Positions 26,639-38,701 of a DNA stretch of 64,000 nucleotides are shown piece by piece (the first letter of the stretch is position 1; every line of letters starts with the position of its first letter). Below the pieces are notes generated by a model that saw nothing but the letters and a program-made list of their open reading frames with translations, did no database searches and had not been told where the DNA came from. The translations under genes were made by a program, and so were the position numbers. Where the stretch lies: contig NIVC01000029.1 of NCBI GenBank assembly GCA_002269645.1, forward strand, positions 372,001 to 436,000, in the 5' to 3' direction. Source of the stretch: Macrostomum lignano (taxonomy: Eukaryota).

Positions 26639-27094
26639 ACACCTCATACGATAAACTTTAAGCATCTAGAAACGATCAATATTATAGTTTTTTATAAGCA
26701 AAACTATTTTGTTTACTAGAGTTTCACAACTCTGTAGCGTTAGTTTAAAGCTATTTTTGCTTTTACTCAACCGGGTAAGGCGTGTGTCACCGGTTCAAGG
26801 TCAGGTGACCCGGTGGTTAAAAAAGCCGTTACAAAAGAGTAGCAAATGAGCAGCTGTTTCACTATCCTGGCATTTCCCTTTTCCTGGTTTGCGTGACCCA
26901 GCGCTTCGGTCGCAGGGCATTGAGTAGAACAGGCAATATTTAGCACTGATTGATTTATTACCCGATTCTCTAAAATGCTTTGGCTTGGCATTTTTTTTAT
27001 AACTGAACAGGCCATTATTCTTGGCCTGCGTTGCTTGCTGGAGTAGTCTGTGAGTTGCAGAGCCCACCTCCAGTGACTGCCACTTAAAAAAAAC

Positions 27095-28645
27095 TGTGGC
27101 GCCCACCGCTTCAGGACACACTGGCGCCCACCGCTTCAGGACACAGTGGCGCCCACCGCTTCAGCACACATTGGCGCCCACCGCTTCAGGACACAGTGGC
27201 GCCCACCGCTTCAGCACACAGTGGCGCCCACCGCTTCAGGACACAGTGGCGCCCACCGCTTCAGGACACAGTGGCGCCCACCGCTTCAGCACACATTGGC
27301 GCCCACCGCTTCAGGACACAGTGGCGCCCACCGCTTCAGCACACAGTGGCGCCCACCGCTTCAGGACACAGTGGCGCCCACCGCTTCAGCACACATTGGC
27401 GCCCACCGCTTCAGGACACAGTGGCGCCCACCGCTTCAGCACACAGTGGTGCCCACCGCTTCAGGACACACTGGCGCCCACCGCTTCAGGACACAGTGGT
27501 GCCCACCGCTTCAGGACACAGTGGCGCCCACCACTTCAGGACACACTGGCGCCCACCGCTTCAGGACACACTGGCGCCCACCGCTTCAGCACACATTGGC
27601 GCCCACCGCTTCAGCACACATTGGCGCCCACCGCTTCAGGACACAGTGGCGCCCACCGCTTCAGCACACAGTGGTGCCCACCGCTTCAGCACACAGTGGC
27701 GCCCACCGCTTCAGCACACAGTGGTGCCCACCGCTTCAGCACACAGTGGCGCCCACCGCTTCAGGACACAGTGGCGCCCACCGCTTCAGCACACAGTGGT
27801 GCCCACCGCTTCAGCACACAGTGGCGCCCACCGCTTCAGCACACAGTGGCGCCCACCGCTTCAGCACACAGTGGCGCCCACCGCTTCAGCACACAGTGGT
27901 GCCCACCGCTTCAGGACACACTGGCGCCCACCGCTTCAGCACACAGTGGCGCCCACCGCTTCAGCACACAGTGGTGCCCACCGCTTCAGGACACAGTGGC
28001 GCCCACCACTTCAGGACACAGTGGCGCCCACTTCAGCACACAGTGGCGCCCACCGCTTCAGCACACACTGGCGCCTACCACTTCAGCACACAGTGGCGCC
28101 CAGTTCAGCACACAGTGGCGCCCAGTTCAGCACACAGTGGCGCCCACCACTTCAGCACACAGTGGCGCCCACCACTTCAGCACACACTGGCGCCCACCAC
28201 TTCAGCACACACTGGCGCCTACCACTTCAGCACACACTGGCGCCTACCACTTCAGCACACACTGGCGCCCAGTTCAGCACACAGTGGCGCCCACCACTTC
28301 AGCACACACTGGCGCCCACCGCTTCAGCACACAGTGGCGCCCACCACTTCAGCACACAGTGGCGCCCAGTTCAGCACACAGTGGCGCCCAGTTCAGCACA
28401 CAGTGGCGCCCACCACTTCAGCACACAGTGGCGCAAACCGCTTCAGGACACAGTGGCGCCCACCACTTCAGCACACACTGGCGCCCACCGCTTCAGGACA
28501 CAGTGGCGCCCACCACTTCAGCACACAGTGGCGCCCACCACTTCAGCACACACTGGCGCCCAGTTCAGGACACAGTGGCGCCCACCACTTCAGCACACGA
28601 TGGTGCCCACCACTTAAGCACACAGTGGCGCCCACTTCAGCACAG
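27095..28645 (+). repeat. 25-bp minisatellite (GTGGCGCCCACCGCTTCAGCACACA)n, 1.55 kb
   Basis: Read directly. Confidence 0.97.
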
Positions 28646-29637
28646 GACAAACAGGGTGAAGCATTAGCTTTTCTCATTCAAAGGGCAGTCTGTTATCACT
28701 CACTCATTCTCATATGCATCAGTCTGGTCCGTTCGTGCTATCAAATTATTTTTGATAGTTGCGTATGTCCCCACATTATATAGCAGCTGGCATATCACAG
28801 GAGATGCTGGAGTTCGCATCGGTTATATTTTCTTATCTAAGAAGCCTTTCAAAGCAAGTACAAGGATACATAAATGCTAGAAAAAGGAGCAGGTTTGTTT
28901 AAACAGAAGTTTTCAAAAGTGAACACTTATATAATTTTAGCAGTTTTAGCTAGACGAGAAAAAACTGGCCTATGCAACAAGGCACTAAAGGGGAAATGGT
29001 TTTGACTTCTATAAATTCATGCTTTGCTACAGAAATTGCGCAGTCTACGAGTATAGGCTTCTTTTAGAAGCACTAGTATAGACCAGATTATACGTTTTTG
29101 CTTTCTCGATTGCTCTCTTCCACTCTGACTGGTTGCTAAGGCTGAAATAATTGTCTAAAAAGTTTTCAATCTTGCAGCAGTTCTGCGTCACTGCCACCTG
29201 TTTGCAGAAATTGAGCCGAAAACTCTCTGGTAGAAGCACAGGTTAATATGCAAATAAAGCATTCTGGAATTGACAGGCAAGAGTGACACCTTGACCTTCT
29301 TCATTAATATTCAGTCATTTATAATAAGCCAAAAAATAAACTCTACTCAGTAGTCAAGTCTCAAACAGAATTTTTGCTTAAGTATTGAAATCGGGTGCTC
29401 TCTTTCATTTATTTTTTCGAGATAAAAATGACTTGATCAGCTGCTATTCAAAGCACATAGATTGAATAATTTGAACGTATAAAACTGGTCGCTGTTTAAA
29501 TACACTCGCTTAGTATAGTGGCGCCGATTCAAACTCAATAATGTCTACTAAAATATTATAGCAGTTTCCAAGCCAGCAAATTTGCAATCCTTAGCGGGAG
29601 AATCAAACATTTAGTAGTCCTTGTTAAAGAGTTGCTT

Positions 29638-29772
29638 TTCACTGTTTATGGCCCAAACTGGGGTCTGTGGAGCAGCCAATTTGGAAACTCATGTAGACAA
29701 ACACACGGATATGACAGACGATAAGAGATCAGCGACCTACCGCAGACCCCAAGTTGGGCCATAGACAATGAA
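29638..29772. mobile_element. About 135-bp MITE-like element with about 32-bp imperfect TIRs
   Basis: Left TTCACTGTTTATGGCCCAAACTGGGGTCTGTG vs reverse complement of right TTCATTGTCTATGGCCCAACTTGGGGTCTGCG; no clear TSD. Confidence 0.6.
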
Positions 29773-29920
29773 TAGCTAGTCTTCAAGTGCGCCAAGTGCT
29801 TCTGGGGCTGAATTGGCTTGGGAAATGCTTTATTTCAATTATACTAAAACACCACGTGAATAAAATGAGACTAGTCTACAGCATGTAGAGCGCTGACGCA
29901 ATCAACTCCAACTCAATCGA

Positions 29921-32544
29921 TTATTGCAACTGAGTTTCATACCGCCGACCACTTGACTCGGCGTCATCCGCGATAAACAATTCCAGCTGTTGAACTTCAA
30001 CGTGATTCGGGTCGTCGCAATCTGAGGCGCCTTCCACAACCGAGCGGCACCTGCTGTTGCAGCCTGTTCGGCAGTGTGGCGGCAAACTTGCTGTCGGCGC
30101 TAGAAGCGAGTGCCGACTGTACAGAGTCTGGAAGCGTTTCAGTTGCAGGTCGGCTGCGTCGATTCCAGAGCCCAGTAGCGGCTCTCGGCACACCTGCAGT
30201 CGGGCCATCTGCAGCTTCAGCCGATGACAAACCACCAAGGAGGTGATCAGAATGACTAGACAGAGGGCCACACTGCCAGCAAGGCTGTACAGCAGCCAGA
30301 CGCCGTCTGGGTAGAGGCCGAATCTGCGGAGTAGCAACGATTCGATGGAGGATACGTCGGTACCGACTTGAATACTGTTCAAAGTTGGACAGACAGCAGG
30401 CGGTGTTGGGGCCGCAGTCTCTGATTCTTTTCTTGCCGTTGTTGACGCTCTGCCAGTTGGTGAACAGCTTGATCGATGCATGGAATCCAGCGACACCTGA
30501 CAGCTGGTGAAGATGACCAGCAGGTGCGCCGAGCTGCCCAAGCAGCGGTGTCGCCGCACCGTCTCACAGACGGCCGCGTCAGTCGCCGGAGCCGGTGGAC
30601 ACCCGGCGAAGTGCAGCCGCACGGTGACGTTCTCGGGACCGCAGAGGCCGTCGTCGGAGGCGGGCAGGTACGCGAACAGCTCGTTGTTGCGCAGATCGAT
30701 GAGGCTGAGCCTCTGGTTGGAGGCGAAGGCCCGTTCGAGGCTGCCCAGGGTGCTGAACTGGTTGCTGAGGGCGTGCAGCTCGAAGAGGCTGACGGCGCCC
30801 TGCGGGAGTTCAACCAGATTGGATTGGGGCTTTAATGTCCAGAGTCTTGGCTTTGAAATGGCTGGGTGAAGTAGCCTCAGTTGCATGAGTTGCATGAATG
30901 GCAACCTTCTATTAAGATTTTATCCTAACCCCCCTTTAGCTGGCACCCCTCTGTAGCTGGTGCCCCCTCTGTAACTGGTGCCCCCTCTGTAGCTGGTGCC
31001 CCCTCTGTAGCTGGCATCCTTTCTGTAGCTGGCGCCCCCTCTGTAGCTGACACCCCTCTGTAGCTGGCACCCCCTCTGTAGCTGGCGCCCCCTCTGTAGC
31101 TGACACCCCTCTGTAGCTGACACCCCTCTGTAGCTGGTGCCCCCTCTGTAGCTGGTGCCCCCTGTGTAGCTGGTGCCCCCTGTGTAGCTGGTGCCCCCTC
31201 TGTAGCTGGTGCCCCCTCTGTAGCTGGTGCCCCCTGTGTAGCTGGTGCCCCCTCTGTAGCTGGTGCCCCCTCTGTAGCTGGCACCCCCTCTGTAGCTGGC
31301 GCCCCCTCTGTAGCTGGCGCCCCCTCTGTAGCTGGCGCCCCCTCTGTAGCTGGCGCCCCCTCTGTAGCTGACACCCCTCTGTAGCTGGCACCCCTCTGTA
31401 GCTGGCACCCCCTCTGTAGCTGGTGCCCCCTCTGTAGCTGGCACCCCTCTGTAGCTGGCACCCCCTCTGTAGCTGGTGCCCCCTCTGTAGCTGGCGCCCC
31501 CTCTGTAGCTGGCACCCCTCTGTAGCTGGCATCCCCTCTGTAGCTGGTGCCCCCTCTGTAGCTGGCGCCCCCTCTGTAGCTGGCATCCCCTCTGTAGCTA
31601 GTGCCCCCTCTTTTTGAAAATGAGAAATTGCACAGTTGGGCTCCCAGCACCCCTAGCAACACGAGTTAAATGGCAGCCTGAGCCAGTCACCTGCAGAGCC
31701 CGGGCTCCCAGCACCCCCTAGCAACACGAGTTAAATGGCAGCCTGAGCCAGTCACCTGCAGAGCCCGGGCTCCCAGCACCCCCTAGCAACACGAGTTAAA
31801 TGGCAGCCTGAGCCAGTCACCTGCAGAGCCCGGGCTCCCAGCACCCCCTAGCAACACGAGTTAAATGGCAGCCTGAGCCAGTCACCTGCAGAGCCCGGGG
31901 TCCCAGCACCCCCTAGCAACACGAGTTAAATGGCAGCCTGAGCCAGTCACCTGCAGAGCCCGGGGTCCCAGCTGACTCAGCCGGTTGCCGTTCAGCTTCA
32001 GCGTCCTCAGCGATCCGCAGGCGGCCAGCAGGCCGTCCGGCAGCCTCTCGATGCGGTTGTAGCTGAGGTCGAGCGACTCGAGACTGCCGCAGCCGATCAG
32101 AGCTCGCTGGCTGAGGTCCCGAACTCGATTCCTGGCCAGACTGAGCTGCCGCAGCCGTTTGCCGCACACGTCGGGCCCAACGGTCGTTAAACTTCCGTTG
32201 AGAATCTCCATCGATGACAGATTCGGTAGCTGAGCAGTGTGTCCGGACTCAAGCTCGGGACCTTGCCAGCCGGTGACCTTCAAGTGGTCAACCGAGTCGC
32301 AGCCAACAAGGCCCCGACCGGGAGAGGCGGCCGACGCTGGCCAGGAGGCGAAGCTCTGGAATAGGAGCACCAGAGAGGCGGTGTCGGATGAGCAGGAGAC
32401 GTCCAGAGTGCCGCCACCCAGACAGACCTTCGAGCCGGGCCGACTGCTGTGGCAAGTCATCTCAGGCTCAACCGATTGGCTACCGCTCAGCACCAGGGTC
32501 AGCAGCAGCATAAACTGAATCAGCTTTCGCAATAGTCCGGCCAT
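29921..32544 (-). CDS. LRR-containing type I membrane protein, paralog B (2 exons)
   Basis: Exon 1 32544-31951 (MAGLLRKLIQFMLLLTLVLSG...GPRALQ|gtgact); exon 2 30799-29921 open through stalk, TM (VWLLYSLAGSVALCLVILITSLVVC-HRLK) and tail. Ectodomain near-identical to paralog A. Confidence 0.85.
30928..31612 (-). repeat. 18-bp GCCAGCTACAGAGGGGGC minisatellite in LRR-B intron 1
   Basis: Reverse complement of the unit at 20511; about 3 times longer. Confidence 0.95.
31638..31971 (-). repeat. 65-bp donor-spanning tandem repeat in LRR-B, 5 donor copies
   Basis: AGCCAGTCAC-CTGCAG at 31681, 31746, 31811, 31876 and 31941. Confidence 0.95.
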
Positions 32545-33847
32545 TGACAGGTATGGAAAGTTTGAGGAAATTCGAATGCGTCTAAAGCACACAATCAGCC
32601 ATACTGACCAAATGGTAGTTGGAAGTTCTGCTTTTGTATTGAATATCGCACTATATGAGTGTTGGCGAGCTGTTTTTAAGAGTCTGCTTTTCGTCTTGTT
32701 TACTTTCAATGCGTGTTCTTCTTTGAATGCCCCTCGATATTCGGACCTGAGCGCTGTATTCTATGTACACCCTTGGGCCTCTGTCTCTCATCTCTACCCC
32801 TCCCGAACCCTCTCTCCGTTTCTGCTTCTCGGTGTTTCGCATCCAATAGGAAACTGCATTGAGGTTGTGGGTGAGAAAAAACTCTGCTTTCCTTCCAAAG
32901 ACGGTTGTGTGTGTTGGTGTCAGTTTTCGTTGACACTAAATACAATGCCCCCTAATACTGAGGCACTTTTATATTGCATTTAGTGGCAAGTGTGAGCGAA
33001 AAAGCAGAGTCTTCTTTTAGTAGCTAATAAAATAAGAAATAAAACTTACAGCTTGCCTCCAGGGTCCGACAGAGAATCCAGCGCATGAATTCGGGGCCAG
33101 TTGAGTGAAGAGCGGAGGGGGAATATGAGCTAGAGAAAAGAAGAGAGAGAGAGGTGAGAGGAGAGGAGAGAAGAGATGAGATACCTTGAGTAGGTTTCAA
33201 AGTACCCGAGGGTCGAAGTTTGCCGAACCTTAAGCTATTATAAGTATATTTTCTGTTATTATATTGTAACTCTCGGTATTCTTAAAATTGATAATTGGTG
33301 AGTTTGTGTTTCCGGAGGGATATCAAGCAAAAAATAACTTGCAAAAGAACTATTTAGGCTGGCTAAAAAGCAATGTAGATCCCAAGGATCAGAAAAGGAA
33401 GATTTTCTGTCAAAAAAATTAAGCCAATTTAAATGATCAGATATCACATGACTAACGAATTTATCAAAGCTTAAAAATAAAAAAATGCGACTGTTTTTTT
33501 ATTTTGCACAAAGTTCTGCTTTCTTGCATTGTGCTCAATTGGGTTTGGCCATAGACAATTCTGTTGAGACAGTAAAACGTCGCCAAAGCTCTGCATGAAA
33601 GAATATTTTAGAATTTTTCCTGATTCTACCTGAATTCTACCTTTGCATGTTTGAAATTTCTGGGACAGAAATTTGCGATTGTGACCGCGGGTCATTTTGG
33701 TAAACTTGCATTCGATTTATGATTTTCAATTCAATCGTATTGGTATGCTTTGATAAGAAAAAACAGCGAAATTCGACGTTATCAATGATTTATCACCGCA
33801 CAATGAAGTTTACATCTTTCAAATTAGCGATAAAAGTAGTATCGCAT

Positions 33848-34226
<379 letters not shown>

Positions 34227-34733
34227 ATTATATGGCAGATTAGCGTTCAGACCTGAGAGTGCTGCTTAGAGCAGGATGCGGCCCGTGAAACCTGTATTCG
34301 GCCCTCGGGTCCTTTAAAACTTCACAATAACAATCCGGCCCGCTTAAGGTTTGTGTCCCTTTTCAGCTCTCAAAACCTTAAACTCCCCTCTCCTCTCCCT
34401 TCTACTCGTATATCCTCTTCCCTGTCCTATTTCATCTCTCCTCTTTTTTGCCCCCCTCTCTTCGACCATATTTCCATATTTCGACCTCTCCTTTTCCTAT
34501 CTTTCTTCTTTCTTCTGTATCGATCTCCTCACCTTTCTCCCCTCTTTAGGTCCTTGACGTAAAAAAATTGCTGACCTCTGGCTAAGAGCATCAGAAACTT
34601 TCAACTGTTGCTAGTTTTATCCCGGAACTAACAGTTTATCATCTGTTTATCCAAGAATTATCCCCGCTAAATACTAGCAATTAGCGCTTAGCGTCACCAA
34701 TTTTAATCCCATACTATGCAGTACAAAAAATAC

Positions 34734-34740
34734 TATATAA
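34734..34740 (+). promoter_or_regulatory. Candidate TATA box (TATATAA) of the Cys-repeat gene
   Basis: About 90 nt upstream of ATG 34826. AATAAA at 37704-37709 follows the stop. Confidence 0.4.
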
Positions 34741-34825
34741 TCGACTGCTATCAGCTGGATCTGTTTTTAAACTTTACAACTTTGATGATTAGTTTCTCAG
34801 CAAGACTCAAATCTAAATTTTAACA

Positions 34826-37622
34826 ATGCGTGTAGGATGCTTGATGTTGGTTTTTCTGCTTCTGGCAACCAAAGCGATGGGAACTTCCGAGGTAAGCAAT
34901 TTGGTGAGGAGAGGAGAGGAGAGGAGAGGAGAGGAGAGGAGAGGAGAGGAGAGGAGAGGAGAGGAGAGGAGAGGAGAGGAGAGGAGAGGAGAGGAGAGGA
35001 GAGGAGAGGAGAGGAGAGGAGAGGAGAGGAGAGGAGAGGAGAGGAGAGGAGAGGAGAGGAGAGGAGAGGAGAGGAGAGGAGAGGAGAGGAGAGGAGAGGA
35101 GAGGAGAGGAGAGGAGAGGAGAGGAGAGGAGAGGAGAGGAGAGGAGAGGAGAGGAGAGGAGAGGAGAGGAGAGGAGAGGAGAGGAGAGGAGAGGAAAGGA
35201 GAGGAGAGGAGAGGAGAGGAGAGGAGAGGAGGGGAGAGGAGAGGAGAGGAGAGGAGAGGAGAGGAGAGGAGAGGAGGGAGAGGAGAGGAGAGGAAAGGAG
35301 AGGAGAGGAGAGGAGGGGAGAGGAGAGGAGAGGAGAGGAAAGGAGAGGAGAGGAGAGGAGAGGAGAGGAGGGGAGAGGAGAGGAGAGGAGAGGAGAGGAG
35401 GGGAGAGGAGAGGAGAGGAGGGGAGAGGAGAGGAGAGGAGAGGAGAGAAGAGGAGAAGAGACCAGACCAAAAGCAGAATATGTAGCTGTGAACACTACAG
35501 GCGGAGTTCGAATCGCGGTACAGAGACTGCATCCTGCAGGACACGAACTGCCCGAATAACGGTAGCGTCTACAGCTATCAGCGACTCCTACCAACTCTGC
35601 AGCTGATGCAGCGAAAGAAGCCACCAAGAGAGTGCGACTGCAACATCCAACTTGAGAGCTGTGTCAGACGGTGCTTCTATGCCTTTCGACTCCAGTTGGA
35701 CATTGTGGCTGCGGAGTTCAGGGCTGGCAATGATATGGCTAGGCGTGAGGTGAGTTCGACCCTGTCCTGAAGTGTTCGACCCTATCCTGAAGTGTTCGAC
35801 CCTATCCTGAAGTGTTTGACCTTATCCTGAAGTGTTCGACCCCATCCTAAAGTGTTCGACCCCATCCAAAGTGCTCGACCCTATCCTGCAGTGTTCGACC
35901 CTATCCTGAAGTGTTTGACCTTATCCTGAAATGTTCGACCCCATCCTAAAGTGTTCGACCCCATCCAAAGTGTTCGACCCTATCCTGAAGTGTTTGACCC
36001 TATCCTGAAGTGTTTGACCCTATCCTGAAGTGTTCGACCTTATCCTGAAGTGTTCGACCCTATCCTGAAGTGTTCGACCCTATCCTGAAGTGTTTGACCT
36101 TATCCTGAAGTGTTCGACCCCATCCTAAAGTGTTCGACCCCATCCAAAGTGTTCGACCCTATCCTGCAGTGTTCGACCCTATCCTGAAGTGTTCGACCCT
36201 ATCCTGAAGTGTTTGACCTTATCCTGAAATGTTCGACCCCATCCTAAAGTGTTCGACCCCATCCAAAGTGTTCGACCCTATCCTGCAGTGTTTGACCCTA
36301 TCCTGAAGTGTTCGACCCTATCCTGAAGTGTTTGACCCTATCCTGAAGTGTTCGACCCTATCCTGAAGTGTTTGACCTTATCCTGAAATGTTCGACCCCA
36401 TCCTAAAGTGTTCGACCCCATCCAAAGTGTTCGACCCTATCCTGCAGTGTTCGACCCTATCCTGAAGTGTTCGACCCTATCCTGAAGTGTTTGACCTTAT
36501 CCTGAAATTTTCGACCCCATCCTAAAGTGTTCGACCCCATCCAAAGTGTTCGACCCTATCCTGAAGTGTTTGACCCTATCCTGAAGTGTTTGACCCTATC
36601 CTGAAGTGTTCGACCTTATCCTGAAGTGTTCGACCCTATCCTGAAGTGTTCGACCCTATCCTGAAGTGTTTGACCTTATCCTGAAGTGTTCGACCCCATC
36701 CTAAAGTGTTCGACCCCATCCAAAGTGTTCGACCCTATCCTGCAGTGTTCGACCCTATCCTGAAGTGTTCGACCCTATCCTGAAGTGTTTGACCTTATCC
36801 TGAAATGTTCGACCCCATCCTAAAGTGTTCGACCCCATCCAAAGTGTTCGACCCTATCCTGCAGTGTTTGACCCTATCCTGAAGTGTTCGACCCTATCCT
36901 GAAGTGTTTGACCCTATCCTGAAGTGTTCGACCCTATCCTGAAGTGTTTGACCTTATCCTGAAATGTTCGACCCCATCCTAAAGTGTTCGACCCCATCCA
37001 AAGTGTTCGACCCTATCCTGCAGTGTTCGACCCTATCCTGAAGTGTTCGACCCTATCCTGAAGTGTTTGACCTTATCCTGAAATGTTCGACCCCATCCTA
37101 AAGTGTTCGACCCCATCCAAAGTGTTCGACCCTATCCTGAAGTGTTTGACCCTATCCTGAAGTGTTTGACCCTATCCTGAAGTGTTCGACCTTATCCTGA
37201 AGTGTTCGACCCTATCCTGAAGTGTTCGACCCTATCCTGAAGTGTTCGACCCCATCCTGAAGTGTTCAACCCCATCCTGAAGTGTTCGACCCCATCCTGA
37301 AGTGTTCAACCCCATCCTGAAGTGTTTGGCCCTTTCGTAAAGTTCCAGTGCTGGTTTTGATAAACAAAAATAACGAACTCCACAAAATTTGCAGCAGTTT
37401 ACTAATTTCGCCCGTAGCAACATGAATCGCCTTAGGCCTTGCATCCTCGAGGGCAGGAACTGTCAGCAAGTGTATGGCCCGTCGCTCAGCTACATGTCCG
37501 ACTGGTTGCGCTACGAGCTCAGGATTAACTACATGCCTCCGGTGTGTAACTGCGACGTGAACAATGAAAACCGCGGCAGGCCGTGCATGTACGCCATCCT
37601 CAAGTCTGAGGCCGGATTTTGA
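34826..37622 (+). CDS. Secreted protein (about 180 aa) with two homologous exon-encoded Cys-rich repeats; family not recognised
   Basis: Exons 34826-34891 (MRVGCLMLVFLLLATKAMGTSE|gtaagc), 35501-35749 (|gtgagt) and 37395/37398-37622 (NAGNAG acceptor), all phase 0. Repeat motif CIL-xxx-NC ... PP-xx-CxC ... R-x-C-x-YA occurs in exons 2 and 3. Confidence 0.82.
34905..35460 (+). repeat. (GAGGA)n polypurine microsatellite, intron 1
   Basis: Read directly. Confidence 0.97.
35750..37325 (+). repeat. 20-bp minisatellite (GAAGTGTTCGACCCTATCCT)n filling intron 2, with higher-order blocks
   Basis: Read directly; begins at the donor site. Confidence 0.97.
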
Positions 37623-37751
37623 GGCTCTGCAACTCGATGAAAACTTATAATAACCATGCAGTAATTGGTGTAATAACAATCGATGGAAATATTTGGATCG
37701 GGGAATAAAATATTCCTTTAAAAAGCCCTAATGCTATGTATTATTCCTTTT

Positions 37752-38669
37752 GGGAGCACGACAAATGCCCGCAGACAAATTGCCCGCCGAGATTTGCCCG
37801 CGGAGATTTGCCCGCGGAGATTTGCTCGCGGAGATTTGCCCGCGGAGATTTGCCCGCGGAGATTTGCCCGCGGAGATTTGCCCGCCGAGCATCAAAATAT
37901 GCTTTCAGCCAATAGGAAGGAACGGGGGGAAAGGGATGTTAAAAGTTAAGATCCAGCGAGATAAAAATAACTGGCTCAGATTAGCACTCCATTCTATTCT
38001 TTCCTCCATTGACAAGACACAATTGTGGAAAAGTTGTTGCAAAATTAATTTTAGTTTTTTAGTTTTTTCATTTCCCACGAAAAAATCTCAACTGCGGCGC
38101 CAAAAATTGCATCGAGCATGCTCTAGTCTAGGGGGGCATTAGCTACATAGAATATATGTGGCTCACTGATGTGCCGCTATAGAAATGAAAACTTCTCCCA
38201 CAAGAAAAATCTGCATAGAGAAATTTGAAATACAGTTACATGTATACTACAGGAGCAATTTGATTGGCTAAATATTTTTATTAAAAATGACATTACTTAG
38301 CATTGGGTGTTGACAAAACGCAATGCAGGCAAATCTGTCGCTACTCGCGAGGCTACATGTACGAGTAAATGCAGCACTAAAGGAAAAAGCACTGCGGAAA
38401 TCTCGGCGGGCAAATCTCGGCGGGCAAATCTCGGCGAGCAGTTTGTCTGCGGGCAAATCTTGGCGGGCAAATCTCGGCGGGCAAATCTCGGCGGGCAAAT
38501 CTCCGCGGGCAAATCTCGGCGGGCAGTTTGTCTGCGGGCAAATCTTGGCGGGCAATTCTCGGCGGGCAAATCTCGGCGGGCAAATTGCACTGCGGGCAAA
38601 TCTCGGCAGGAAAAGCTCCGCGGGCAAATCTCGGCGGGCAATTTGTCTGCGGGCATTCCTCATGGACCC
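37752..38669. mobile_element. Foldback/MULE-like non-autonomous element with tandem-repeat inverted arms and 9-bp TSD
   Basis: GGG...CCC termini. Arms AATGCCCGCAGACAAATTGCCCGCCGAGATTTGCCCG(n) at 37764-37890 and inverted at about 38390-38657. Flanks ATTCCTTTT at 37743-37751 and 38670-38678. Confidence 0.85.
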
Positions 38670-38701
38670 ATTCCTTTTTGCGGCCTAGTTGGTATGCAAG
38701 C

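Noticed and set aside
25645-28645. CRISPR-like appearance of regular 25-bp repeats
   Set aside because: Units are contiguous with no unique spacers, no cas genes, and the context is eukaryotic.
34813-35627. (EERRG)n and (LLSSP)n ORFs
   Set aside because: (GAGGA)n intron bounded by canonical donor 34892 and acceptor 35500.
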